From positions 5,920,001-5,984,000 of the forward strand of contig OY843751.1 in NCBI GenBank assembly GCA_963693055.1: a stretch of DNA of 64,000 nucleotides, written 5' to 3'. The stretch comes from a bacterium. GTDB lineage: Bacteria; Zhuqueibacterota; Zhuqueibacteria; Residuimicrobiales; Krinioviventaceae. The notes under the pieces were generated by a model, which was not told the DNA's origin, did no database searches, and saw only the letters and a list, made by a program, of their open reading frames with translations. Made by a program: the position numbers and the translations under genes. Shown piece by piece: positions 51,688 to 60,866 of this stretch (position 1 is the stretch's first letter; every line of letters begins with the position of its first letter).

Positions 51688-52749
51688 ATGAAAAAAATCA
51701 AGGGAAAAGGTAATGTAACCAGACGTCAATTTATTGGAACTGGTACCGCAGCAACTGTCTTGACTGCGGGTGTATTGACTTCAAGTTGTTCTTCCAAACC
51801 AACACCAATGGCTACCGGTGTCGGAAAACCCAACTCTAAATTTGGCGGTGTTCAGATAGGTGCCTCAACTTATAGTATTCGTGGAATCAATCCATCAAAT
51901 GTGGACGAACTGTTAAAAGCCTGTATTGAGGCAGGCCTGAGTTCTATAGAATTCAGACAAACAAACCTTGCTGAAGAATGGTGTGGCGCACCCAAGGCTT
52001 TAAGACCCCCCATTAGACCCGGGCAAAGAGGATATGAACGGTTCAGAGCTCAACAAGAACGTGATTTAACAGAAGAAGAATATGCCGATCTTGAAAAAAA
52101 GGCCGCAGATTCAAGAGAAGCCTTAAAACAGTGGCGTTTATCCGCTCCCATGGATAAATTTGCAGAACTTGCCCAAATGTACAGGGCTGCCGGGGTAGAC
52201 ATCCACCTTATGAAATGGACCCCGGGCAGCTGGTCACTGGAAGAAATTGACTATGCATTCAAAGCTAACAAAGCCATGAATGTAAAGGGAATTACAGAAG
52301 AAATGAGACTGGAAACAGCCAAAAAAATGGGCCCGATTGCCGAAAAATACGGTTTGTATGCCGTCATGCATAACCATTATCAATACGCAGAAGAAGGATT
52401 CAACGTAGAAGATATTCTTGCCGTTTCACCAAGTATCATGTTGAATTTTGATGTTGGCCACTATTGGGGTTCAACCGGCATTAACCCCTGTGATTTCATT
52501 GAAAAATATCATGATCGGATTTACAGTTTGCACATCAAAGATAAAACCGGTCTCAATACAGAGCCACCCAATGCAAACCAGGTTTGGGGACAAGGTGATA
52601 CACCGTTAGAAGAAATATTGTTACTGATTAAAAACAAATATCCTCAAATCTATTGCGACATCGAACTGGAATACAGGATCGCTGCCTGGTCAAATTCTGT
52701 CAAGGAAACCAGAACCTGTGTTAACTATGCGCGCAATATTTTAATCTAA
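51688..52749 (+). CDS. Tat-exported sugar phosphate isomerase/epimerase (xylose isomerase-like TIM barrel)
   Basis: TRRQF, GVQIG..TYS, HNH, FDVGH, HIKD, IELEY. Confidence 0.85.
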   Translation: MKKIKGKGNVTRRQFIGTGTAATVLTAGVLTSSCSSKPTPMATGVGKPNSKFGGVQIGASTYSIRGINPSNVDELLKACIEAGLSSIEFRQTNLAEEWCGAPKALRPPIRPGQRGYERFRAQQERDLTEEEYADLEKKAADSREALKQWRLSAPMDKFAELAQMYRAAGVDIHLMKWTPGSWSLEEIDYAFKANKAMNVKGITEEMRLETAKKMGPIAEKYGLYAVMHNHYQYAEEGFNVEDILAVSPSIMLNFDVGHYWGSTGINPCDFIEKYHDRIYSLHIKDKTGLNTEPPNANQVWGQGDTPLEEILLLIKNKYPQIYCDIELEYRIAAWSNSVKETRTCVNYARNILI

Positions 52750-52772
52750 TACTGTACATTTACCTCTAGTAT

Positions 52773-52803
52773 GATCGTGACGGAGATTATCTCCGTCACG
52801 ATC
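52773..52803 (+). repeat. 31-bp REP-like palindrome, copy 2 (perfect)
   Basis: GATCGTGACGGAGAT-T-ATCTCCGTCACGATC. Confidence 0.9.
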
Positions 52804-53110
52804 TTTCAAATTAACTTTTTTACAAAAGGCTGGCTGATACGGCCTACCCTCCCAACAACAATCTCTACAACTCGATTTACCGGTATAGCTTTTCATTCAC
52901 AAGACTGTTAAATACTAAAGCCGCTCTGTTTACCCTTTGACACATCAGACCGAGTAATTATTAAAATTTTCAATTCTCCTGTTGTTTTTTTATCATACAT
53001 TATATATTTTAAATGCCAGTGTGTTATTTTCAGAAATACTGGTATTCAAGAAAATCTTAGAAAACCATCTATTATATTGTTTTCCGTTCTTTAATTAAAC
53101 AGGAGTAAAC

Positions 53111-54190
53111 ATGGAATCTATCCGGAACGTTATTGACTATACGGTATTCAATAATTCAGTCGGTCAATATCTACTGCTCAGCGGCGCCATTGTATTGGCA
53201 ATTATAGTAGGCAGGATTGTCTATTTTTTCTTTAAAACTTCTCTGCGCAGAATCGCACAAAAATCAAAAACCAAATTCGACGACTATCTCATTGATATTA
53301 TAGAGGAACCCATCGTTCTGCTGATCGTCAGTGGAGGCGTTTGGGTTGGGGCCCGGTTTCTGACACTGAACGAAGGCGGAATCAAATTCTTTCATAATGT
53401 AGTGATTACCCTGCTTGCCATTACCGCTACCTGGTTTCTGGTACGGTTCTTTGATATGCTGATCACCGCCTATATTGAACCGATAACCGAAAAATCAAAA
53501 AGCAAACTTGACGACCAGATCCTGCCCATCGTCCGTAAATCCGTAAAAACGGTTATTCTGGTCCTGGGAGGTATCATCATCCTGTCAAATCTGGGATATG
53601 ATATCTTGTCCATTCTGGCTGGCATTGGTATTGGTGGTTTGGCCATTGCCCTGGCAGCCCAGGATGCAGTCAAGAATATTATCGGTGGTATTACCATCTT
53701 TTGGGACAAGCCGTTCCAGATTGACGACTGGATTGAGATCAGCGGTAAATCCGGTTCCGTGCTTGAAGTAGGTATGCGAAGCACCCGTATCAAAACCGTA
53801 GGCGGCACGCATGTGGTCATCCCCAACAGCGCGATTGTGGATACCGTTGTGGAAAACTATTCCAAGCGCGAGCGACGCCGGATGGTGGTGAACATTGGTT
53901 TGGTCTATGAAACAACCGCAGATGATATGGATAAAGCCATGGATATTGTGAGAAAAACCATCGCTGATATTGAAGGTATTGACAGCGACGATACCGAAGT
54001 CAGATTTACCAACTTTGGTGCTTTTTCCCTTGATCTGGAAATTGTCTACTGGATCACGGACAGCAGTAACTGGAAGATCATTGTTCACAAGGTCAATATG
54101 GGTATCAAACGCAATCTGGATGAAGCCGGTATTGAAATGGCGTTCCCAACGGAAACCCATTATGTTATTAATCAGAACAGCGTGAAATGA
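53111..54190 (+). CDS. Small-conductance mechanosensitive channel (MscS family)
   Basis: GIGGLAIALAAQD..KN, KPF...DWI, G.RST, IPNS, GIEMAFPT. Confidence 0.93.
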   Translation: MESIRNVIDYTVFNNSVGQYLLLSGAIVLAIIVGRIVYFFFKTSLRRIAQKSKTKFDDYLIDIIEEPIVLLIVSGGVWVGARFLTLNEGGIKFFHNVVITLLAITATWFLVRFFDMLITAYIEPITEKSKSKLDDQILPIVRKSVKTVILVLGGIIILSNLGYDILSILAGIGIGGLAIALAAQDAVKNIIGGITIFWDKPFQIDDWIEISGKSGSVLEVGMRSTRIKTVGGTHVVIPNSAIVDTVVENYSKRERRRMVVNIGLVYETTADDMDKAMDIVRKTIADIEGIDSDDTEVRFTNFGAFSLDLEIVYWITDSSNWKIIVHKVNMGIKRNLDEAGIEMAFPTETHYVINQNSVK

Positions 54191-54507
54191 TCAATACCAT
54201 GCTTGACATATAAATATTTTATCGTATTTTCAGATATAGGATAAACCCGTCACTTATAAGCCCTTTTTTGCAGAGGCTGTTTATATTCATTGACCTGGTT
54301 AATAACCACTTGATTTCAGGTATCCGATACACCTCGGGGTATGCCTTGGTATATTTAATACTGGATTTTTTCCAGTGTGAGCTTGAAATATTTTAACCAT
54401 ACATAAAGAATTCCTGGTATAGGAGGGCCAGGCCATTTCGTAAAACAGGCAAAGGGTGGGAGCCCTTTACGATTAAAGTTATAAATACAACTTGAGGGAA
54501 AAATAAA

Positions 54508-55653
54508 ATGAAAAAAATTTTACTGACCATTTTATTGGCAGGGTTGTGTAGTATGGTGTTTGCACAGATTGAAATCATGGATAACACAGATAACCTTACC
54601 AAAGAGATCTGGGAGCTTGGTACTCACACTAATGGTGAAATTGCTATCATCTTTACGACTAACGCAACTCCATACAATTTACACAGTGTAACTCTGGTAC
54701 TCTATTCTTGGGCACCAGCTACTTCGGACGTTACATTTAGTATACAGCAGGCTTATGGCGATAATATACCAACAGGCCCTGTTTTGGCCTCTGAAACTTT
54801 TTCTAATCAAACTATTCCAGTTGTAGAAACCTATACAACCTTTACTTTTTCCAGTTTAAACAGCTACGCTTTTAGTGCAAATACAAAATATGCGCTTGTG
54901 ATAAGCACGTCTGAGAAGATTTCAATGTACCAGATTGACGGTATCGTGCTGCCAACATCAAGCTATTATACTGTGCACCATACCATACAATATGCTAGTG
55001 GTTGGTTCCCTTTTAATTCTTTTGCAATCAGAATAATGGGCACAGAGGGTGCTCTCCCCGTAGAGCTTTCTTCCTTTTCGGCAAAAAGTGAAAGCCGTTC
55101 CGTAGTTCTGGACTGGTTGACGGAATCCGAATCAGACAACCTGGGTTTTATCCTCGAACGATCAGATGATAACAATTCGTGGCAAACCATTGCCTCACAC
55201 CAGACCCATCCTGCCCTGCAGGGACAAGGCAATACATCGGACCGAACGGATTATTCTTTTACAGACAAGATGGTAGAACCCGATAAAACGTATTATTACC
55301 GTCTCTCGGATATCAGTACAAAAGGCGAAACCTCGGCTCTCTCTTCTGTATCCGTAAAAACAGACAAACTTCCTGAAACAACCGAAATGAAAAATGCGTA
55401 TCCCAACCCATTCAATCCACAGACAAAGATTGCTTACAATCTGGCAATTGACACAAATGTAAACATTTCCGTGTTCGACCTGTTGGGACGACAGGTGAAA
55501 TCCCTTTTTAATGGAAACCAGACTGCCGGAAGTCATCATGTCTACTGGAATGCGACGAATGAAACCGGCAGCAATGTCCCCAGCGGTTGTTATCTCATCC
55601 GCATGCAAGCGGGAAATACGACACAGATGCAAAAGGTTATATTGATGAAATAA
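54508..55653 (+). CDS. Secreted beta-sandwich protein with FlgD-Ig/T9SS-type C-terminal domain, paralog B
   Basis: Same length (381 aa) and architecture as 49548-50693, offset 4960 bp. Confidence 0.85.
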   Translation: MKKILLTILLAGLCSMVFAQIEIMDNTDNLTKEIWELGTHTNGEIAIIFTTNATPYNLHSVTLVLYSWAPATSDVTFSIQQAYGDNIPTGPVLASETFSNQTIPVVETYTTFTFSSLNSYAFSANTKYALVISTSEKISMYQIDGIVLPTSSYYTVHHTIQYASGWFPFNSFAIRIMGTEGALPVELSSFSAKSESRSVVLDWLTESESDNLGFILERSDDNNSWQTIASHQTHPALQGQGNTSDRTDYSFTDKMVEPDKTYYYRLSDISTKGETSALSSVSVKTDKLPETTEMKNAYPNPFNPQTKIAYNLAIDTNVNISVFDLLGRQVKSLFNGNQTAGSHHVYWNATNETGSNVPSGCYLIRMQAGNTTQMQKVILMK

Positions 55654-55692
55654 GGAAATTTTTCCAGTAGGTTTTGAAAAAACAGCTATTCA

Positions 55693-55723
55693 GATCGTGA
55701 CGGGGATAATCTCCGTCACAGTC
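55693..55723 (+). repeat. 31-bp REP-like palindrome, copy 3
   Basis: GATCGTGACGGGGATAATCTCCGTCACAGTC. Confidence 0.85.
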
Positions 55724-56058
55724 CTTTGTATTACGTACGCTATCATCCGGGGGACGGTTGTAAAAGATCACGGCTTTAAAATATCAACAATTCTCCTACC
55801 CAAATAACACTTTTGCGGGAGATTTTCTGTTTCTTTCAACAGACACCGGGAGGTGAAATCTTTGCTACCTCTAAAACAGAAAAAGACCGGATAAACCGAA
55901 CTGAAAGTACTGTCCAAGGGTGCAAGGCTTCGAATCCACCGATAGAGAAACAACATTCCCCGGTTTCCTCATAATACTTTTTCATTGATTCTTTAAAGAA
56001 ATATGATTAATTACTATTACTTTTTAACAAAATACCGATATATGTAAGGGATACCAGA

Positions 56059-57567
56059 ATGGATCTTCGATTGTATATACTCTGCCTTACCCTGTGTCTT
56101 GGGATGATTGCCACGGCTTGCTACGCTGAATCGACCCCGGATACAGCAACCCATATTGTTACTCTCAAACAGGCACATGTAGGCAGCCTGGAAATAGACT
56201 CGCTTCTTCTGGACAGTTTTGAACGTCTGCCGGAAGCACAACGCTCTTTTTACCTAAAGGCCCGTGAAATCCTTGCAAGCTGTCCTGACGCCACACTTAG
56301 CGATCCCAAAATCATCAAAGCCGCCAAAAAGGCCGGTCTTGCCCTCATCAGCGGACCGATGTTGGGTGATGTTTCAGAGAGCGATATTACCATCTGGTTT
56401 CGTCCGGTCCTTGCTGAAGCTTTGAAAGTAAATGTCACAGATAAAGAAGGAAATCAAAAGTCTTTCCCTGTCGAGGTTACCCAGCCCGGAGCGGCCACCC
56501 GGGTCAGGATTACCGGATTGTCGGCAAACACCCCATACCTCTACCAGATCGTTAACAGTGCAGGTGCTGTTTTAGGCAATGGCTCTTTTCACACTGCTCC
56601 TGAACCGAATACCACAGACACCATGCGCATTGCTTTTGGTTCGTGCTATCACAAGATCGGTGTTCACAATCCCAATTTGATGCGATTGATTGTAGAGCGC
56701 GGCAATCTTGCCATGCTGCTTTTGGGTGATATAGCAGTGGATGACCGGGAAACCAACACCCATATGCACTATGCCGATTATCTTTTACGAGACGTTTCAA
56801 AACCGTGGCGAACATTTTCTGCCAATATTCCGGTCTATGCCAGTTGGGATGATCACGATTATCTGAACAATGACAAATCCGGTCTTCAAAAAGGTCAGAT
56901 AACAAACATGCAGCGTAACGCGCTGCGGAAACTCTGGCAGGAAAACTGGGTCAATCCCCAGACGTCTGTCACAGATCGCGGCATCTATTTCAACACCGTC
57001 ATTGGCGATGTGGAAATCATCATGCTCGATACCCGCTCTTGCCGAAACTGGCAGAAACGGGAACAGCGCGGTTCCTACCTTGGTGATACACAAATGCAAT
57101 GGCTTTTTAAAACCCTCAAGGCATCCAAAGCCCGGTTTATCATTCTGACCAGCGGCACCATGTGGAGCGACTATATGTCCAAAGCAAAGGACTCGTGGGG
57201 CAGTTGGGACATTCCGGGACGAGAAGAGATCTATAACTTTATAGAAGAGAACCAGATAGGCGGTGTATTGCTTCTAAGTGGCGACCGTCACGGCGCACGC
57301 AGTTTCAAGATTAAACGGCCATCGGGTTTTGCGCTGCATGAATTTGAAGCTGCAACCCTGGGCGGTGTTCCCGGTCCGGACGCGTTTGCCCCGGACAAAT
57401 CGGCACAGCTCTTTGGATACAAAGGCGGATTGATCGCGTTTGGTGAATTCACTTTTGACATGAACAAAGCGGATCCCACAGTGACATTTCGCCTGATCAA
57501 TGAAGCTGGGACGGAGCTTGAAAAGCATACCTTTCGCTGTTCCCAGCTTACTCCTCAGAAACAGTAA
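56059..57567 (+). CDS. PhoD-like alkaline phosphatase / metallophosphoesterase
   Basis: FGSC, LGD, WDDHD, LDTR, LG..Q..WL, DSW, SGDRH; N-terminal Fn3/purple acid phosphatase-like domain. Confidence 0.9.
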   Translation: MDLRLYILCLTLCLGMIATACYAESTPDTATHIVTLKQAHVGSLEIDSLLLDSFERLPEAQRSFYLKAREILASCPDATLSDPKIIKAAKKAGLALISGPMLGDVSESDITIWFRPVLAEALKVNVTDKEGNQKSFPVEVTQPGAATRVRITGLSANTPYLYQIVNSAGAVLGNGSFHTAPEPNTTDTMRIAFGSCYHKIGVHNPNLMRLIVERGNLAMLLLGDIAVDDRETNTHMHYADYLLRDVSKPWRTFSANIPVYASWDDHDYLNNDKSGLQKGQITNMQRNALRKLWQENWVNPQTSVTDRGIYFNTVIGDVEIIMLDTRSCRNWQKREQRGSYLGDTQMQWLFKTLKASKARFIILTSGTMWSDYMSKAKDSWGSWDIPGREEIYNFIEENQIGGVLLLSGDRHGARSFKIKRPSGFALHEFEAATLGGVPGPDAFAPDKSAQLFGYKGGLIAFGEFTFDMNKADPTVTFRLINEAGTELEKHTFRCSQLTPQKQ

Positions 57568-57579
57568 CTGCTTTTTACT

Positions 57580-57610
57580 GATCGTGACGGAGAGTATCTC
57601 TGTCACGATC
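57580..57610 (+). repeat. 31-bp REP-like palindrome, copy 4
   Basis: GATCGTGACGGAGAGTATCTCTGTCACGATC. Confidence 0.88.
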
Positions 57611-57664
57611 TTTGATATTCCTATAATCGTTGAGAACAAATGATCAAAAAAGAAAAAACCATAA

Positions 57665-58258
57665 ATGAAAATGAATTTTAAAAAATATCTTGGTGAAGGG
57701 TTTCTAATTGTATTTAGTGTTCTTTTTGCCCTTTATATTAACAAAACATATGAAAAGGCAAAAACAACCAGCGCTAAAAACAATGCCATCAAACAAATCA
57801 AAGCAGAGTTGTTAGAAAATCAAAATACATTAGATGACTGGATAGCAGACCATAAAACTATACTCGAAAATCTAAACCATTTGATCGAAAGTAAAAATGA
57901 CAGTATTCAAATAATTGTCAAAAATAATAGTTATATACCTACACAAACCCTTTTAGCCAATAAAAATCTAATGAGCAAACCCTTGTCAAATTCAGCATGG
58001 AGTTCTGCCCAATCTATTGGAATCATATCAGAATTTGATTTTCAGACATTAAAAAACATTAACGAAACCTATGCATTGCAGCAGTTAATACTGGAAACCT
58101 CTATTGAAAAAATTGCGGAAAGATTTCTTTTAAAATCAAATGATGTTGAAAATACAAAAGCTCTGCTGATTGAATTCAGATTACGGTTCCAGAATTTACA
58201 AGGTCAGGAAACTAGATTACAACAGTTGTATAATGAAACAATCGAAATACTGGAATAA
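57665..58258 (+). CDS. Hypothetical protein, single N-terminal TM plus helical domain
   Basis: E..LIVFSVLFAL.IN, I..EL..N, AW motif; AT-rich coding sequence. Confidence 0.7.
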   Translation: MKMNFKKYLGEGFLIVFSVLFALYINKTYEKAKTTSAKNNAIKQIKAELLENQNTLDDWIADHKTILENLNHLIESKNDSIQIIVKNNSYIPTQTLLANKNLMSKPLSNSAWSSAQSIGIISEFDFQTLKNINETYALQQLILETSIEKIAERFLLKSNDVENTKALLIEFRLRFQNLQGQETRLQQLYNETIEILE

Positions 58259-58312
58259 ATTATTACATCAATATGGATCTTTCCAACTGCTCATGACGAT
58301 GAGCTCATTCAA

Positions 58313-58333
58313 GATCTTTGATATTCCTATAAT
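58313..58333 (+). repeat. 21-bp direct repeat (second copy; first at 57607-57627)
   Basis: GATCTTTGATATTCCTATAAT is identical at both sites. Confidence 0.85.
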
Positions 58334-58389
58334 ACACCTCCGTGTGGTAATAAAACACGTTATTAAAATTAGGTTAATGATTTATTATT

Positions 58390-59118
58390 TTGTTCAAGGA
58401 TTTTATTTTGAAAAGGTTTGATTTCAAAGTCGGTACTATTCCCTCGATTTTATGGGGAGAAAAATCAGAAAATATCTTTATAGCCATTCACGGGAATATG
58501 TCAAATAAAGCGGATGATGTAATTGCTATTTTTGCGCAAGAAGCGGTTAATTCGGGTTACCAGGTTCTAAGTTTTGATTTGCCAAAACATGGAGATCGTA
58601 AAAATGAAGCAACTCTCTGCAAAGTTCAAAACTGTGTCAAAGAGCTTGATGTCATATTGGAATACGCAAAATCAATTTCAAATAACGTGAGTGTCTTTGG
58701 TTGCAGTATTGGAGCGTATTTGAGTCTTTTAGCATATAAACATGAAGCGCTGCGACAAGCAATGTTACTGTCTCCAATTGTTAATATGGAATCCATTATT
58801 GTCAATATGATGAACATGTTTAATATAACAGAAAAAAGACTTTATGATGAAAAAGAAATTGCAACGCCCATCGGTGAGGTCCTCTATTGGGATTATTATT
58901 CCTTTGTTAAGGAACATCCAGTTGTTGAATGGAAAATACCAACCTCGATTTTATACGGATCAAAAGATAATTTGACAGCTCATGATACTGTTTCTTCATT
59001 TTCCCGCCGCTTCAATTCTGATCTGACAGTATTAGAAAATGGAGAACATTTCTTTCATACAGATGAACAATTATCTTTTTTTAGACAATGGCTCCAAAAC
59101 ATCTTACAGATCACATAA
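58390..59118 (+). CDS. Alpha/beta hydrolase
   Basis: IHG, FDLPKHG, GCSIG nucleophile elbow, YGSKD, GEHFFH; start uncertain. Confidence 0.88.
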   Translation: MFKDFILKRFDFKVGTIPSILWGEKSENIFIAIHGNMSNKADDVIAIFAQEAVNSGYQVLSFDLPKHGDRKNEATLCKVQNCVKELDVILEYAKSISNNVSVFGCSIGAYLSLLAYKHEALRQAMLLSPIVNMESIIVNMMNMFNITEKRLYDEKEIATPIGEVLYWDYYSFVKEHPVVEWKIPTSILYGSKDNLTAHDTVSSFSRRFNSDLTVLENGEHFFHTDEQLSFFRQWLQNILQIT

Positions 59119-59122
59119 TCTA

Positions 59123-59200
59123 AAATAACAAATGCATTCACCCAACCTCCCCGCCGCTCATGCAACTCAATAGGGTTGGCTGGTGATGCTGGTGTTAAAA
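59123..59200 (+). other. Integron attC-like recombination site
   Basis: AAATAAC...GTTAAAA ends; L boxes GCA-T-TCACC / GGTGA-TGC with one extrahelical base; inner CAACC/GGTTG; starts just after the stop codon at 59118. Confidence 0.7.
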
Positions 59201-59345
59201 ACAATCATACTCTCATCAACAGGATTTATATGAAAATCAACTTGCAACAATGGCTCCTGGTTCTTTTATGTGTTTTTTCAAATACAGCAATTCAAGCACA
59301 AGAGCGAACCCTTTCTGGAAAGTACATGACTGTAGAGGATACAAT

Positions 59346-60383
59346 ATGAAGAAAATCATCCCTTTATTACTCTTGATGTTAATCCCATATTTTGGTGTTT
59401 TGGCACAAACGGATTTGAAACCGATTACAGAACCCATCAAAATCATTTTTGACACGGATATGGGATCTGACTGTGATGATGTAGGAGCGCTGGCCCTGTT
59501 ACATACCTATGCGGATATGGGCAAGGTTGAAATTCTTGGATGTATCTATAGCTCGGGCAAAGTACCCTATGGTGCGGGAATTGTTCAGGCAATTAACATA
59601 TATTGTGGCCGGCCCCATATACCCGTGGGTGCGAACCATAAAGACGATGTTGGTGATACTGTGGATAAAATGAGTGCGGAAAAGCTGGCAAAAGACACCG
59701 CTGCTTTCGGGAACACGATTATATCCAACACCGATGCTGTTGAACAAACACAGCTGAACAGGAAATTACTTTTAGAACAGCCGGACCATAGCGTGACCTA
59801 TATTACCGTAGGCCATACAAAAGGATTGTATGATCTGTTGGTTTCGGAAGGAGATGCCATAACGCCTTTGAACGGATTGGAACTGGTCCGAACCAAAGTC
59901 CGTCGCTGGGTGGCTTTGGGTGCGCTTGGCGCAAACAATAAAAAAAGAGAATACACGCAAGACTGGAATTTCTTTAAAAACGGCACCGCACCATATACAA
60001 AATATCTAATCGATAATGTACCGGTGCCTATGGTTTTTGTGGATGCCGGTGCTGATGTGATGACCGGTAAATCCTTAAAGCAGACACCTGCTGGCAATAT
60101 CATCCGTACAGCCTATCGGGACTGGCTTTGGTGGTATGGCAAAAAAACACTTGATGACCAAAGGCCAAGCTGGGACCTGGCCACGGTCTATTATGCGGTT
60201 GAAGGCGTTGGCGGTTTTTTGATAAACAGCGGAACCGGCTATTTAGACTTTGATCCGGATAAAGGATGTAAATGGATTCCCGACAAGAACAAACACATGC
60301 AAACCTACATCAATCAAAAGGATGGTGTTGCAAAAGACTTTGCAGATTATCTGAACATGATGATTGCCAAACCCCGGGAGTGA
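59346..60383 (+). CDS. Secreted nucleoside hydrolase family protein
   Basis: Signal peptide from ATG 59346, IIFDTDMGSDCDD..AL, WN, SWD. Confidence 0.87.
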   Translation: MKKIIPLLLLMLIPYFGVLAQTDLKPITEPIKIIFDTDMGSDCDDVGALALLHTYADMGKVEILGCIYSSGKVPYGAGIVQAINIYCGRPHIPVGANHKDDVGDTVDKMSAEKLAKDTAAFGNTIISNTDAVEQTQLNRKLLLEQPDHSVTYITVGHTKGLYDLLVSEGDAITPLNGLELVRTKVRRWVALGALGANNKKREYTQDWNFFKNGTAPYTKYLIDNVPVPMVFVDAGADVMTGKSLKQTPAGNIIRTAYRDWLWWYGKKTLDDQRPSWDLATVYYAVEGVGGFLINSGTGYLDFDPDKGCKWIPDKNKHMQTYINQKDGVAKDFADYLNMMIAKPRE

Positions 60384-60485
60384 TGGATTGCGTTTTAGGG
60401 GATGATTCCTTTGAGTAATCCTCCGGGTACACCTCTCAGAGAAGATTTGATACGAGTCTCGAAACATGAACAGATAAAAAATCCC

Positions 60486-60516
60486 GATCGTGACGGAGAT
60501 AATCTCCGTCACGATC
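60486..60516 (+). repeat. 31-bp REP-like palindrome, copy 5 (perfect)
   Basis: GATCGTGACGGAGAT-A-ATCTCCGTCACGATC. Confidence 0.9.
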
Positions 60517-60866
60517 TTTTGGATTGAATACGGACGCTAAAGCTCAAAAAAGATATAGATAAAAACTTTAAACCACAGATACACTCAAGATAGTACAGTC
60601 CTTGACCCTCTACACAGTTTTTTAGTAAAAATGTATATTTTCCTATTGACTCTTTCCAAAAATATGATTAACTAAAATTATACCCGAAGTAAAATTTCAA
60701 TGTGCAATACAAGTTTTATAGCATAACATGTCATAATTCATTGTCAATAGGTTTAAGCAAAAAACTATTTTTACTTAATAGAATAATATGTGTATTCTAT
60801 TTCTGGCTAAAACTTGTTAAATACTATATTGGGCTTATCTCTGTTCAATAAAAATGAGGAACTATT

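Noticed and set aside
52906-52917. TGTTAAATACTA, also present at 60815-60826
   Set aside because: AT-rich 12-mer with no supporting attC-like arm at 52.9 kb; plausibly chance.
54230-54480. 6S RNA or c-di-GMP riboswitch
   Set aside because: The 3' CACCTCGGGG has no complementary 5' partner and the GEMM consensus is not met. Kept only as a low-interest structured leader.
49548-55653. Paralog pair as a diversity-generating retroelement (TR/VR)
   Set aside because: No reverse transcriptase is in the window, both copies are full ORFs, differences are not confined to adenines, and the 3' end is the most conserved part.
55900-55945. GGCTTCGAATCC resembling a tRNA T-loop
   Set aside because: I could not build an acceptor stem, D arm or anticodon arm.
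55768-55956. 62-aa minus-strand ORF in an intergenic gap
   Set aside because: No RBS or recognisable motif; cannot be supported as a gene.
50730-60516. 31-bp palindromes as a CRISPR array
   Set aside because: Copies are 2-3 kb apart with whole genes between them; there are no spacer-sized gaps and no cas genes.
60571-60584. AACCACAGATACAC resembling the GxxExxY flank heptamer
   Set aside because: A single heptamer with no triplet and no inverted partner is expected by chance.
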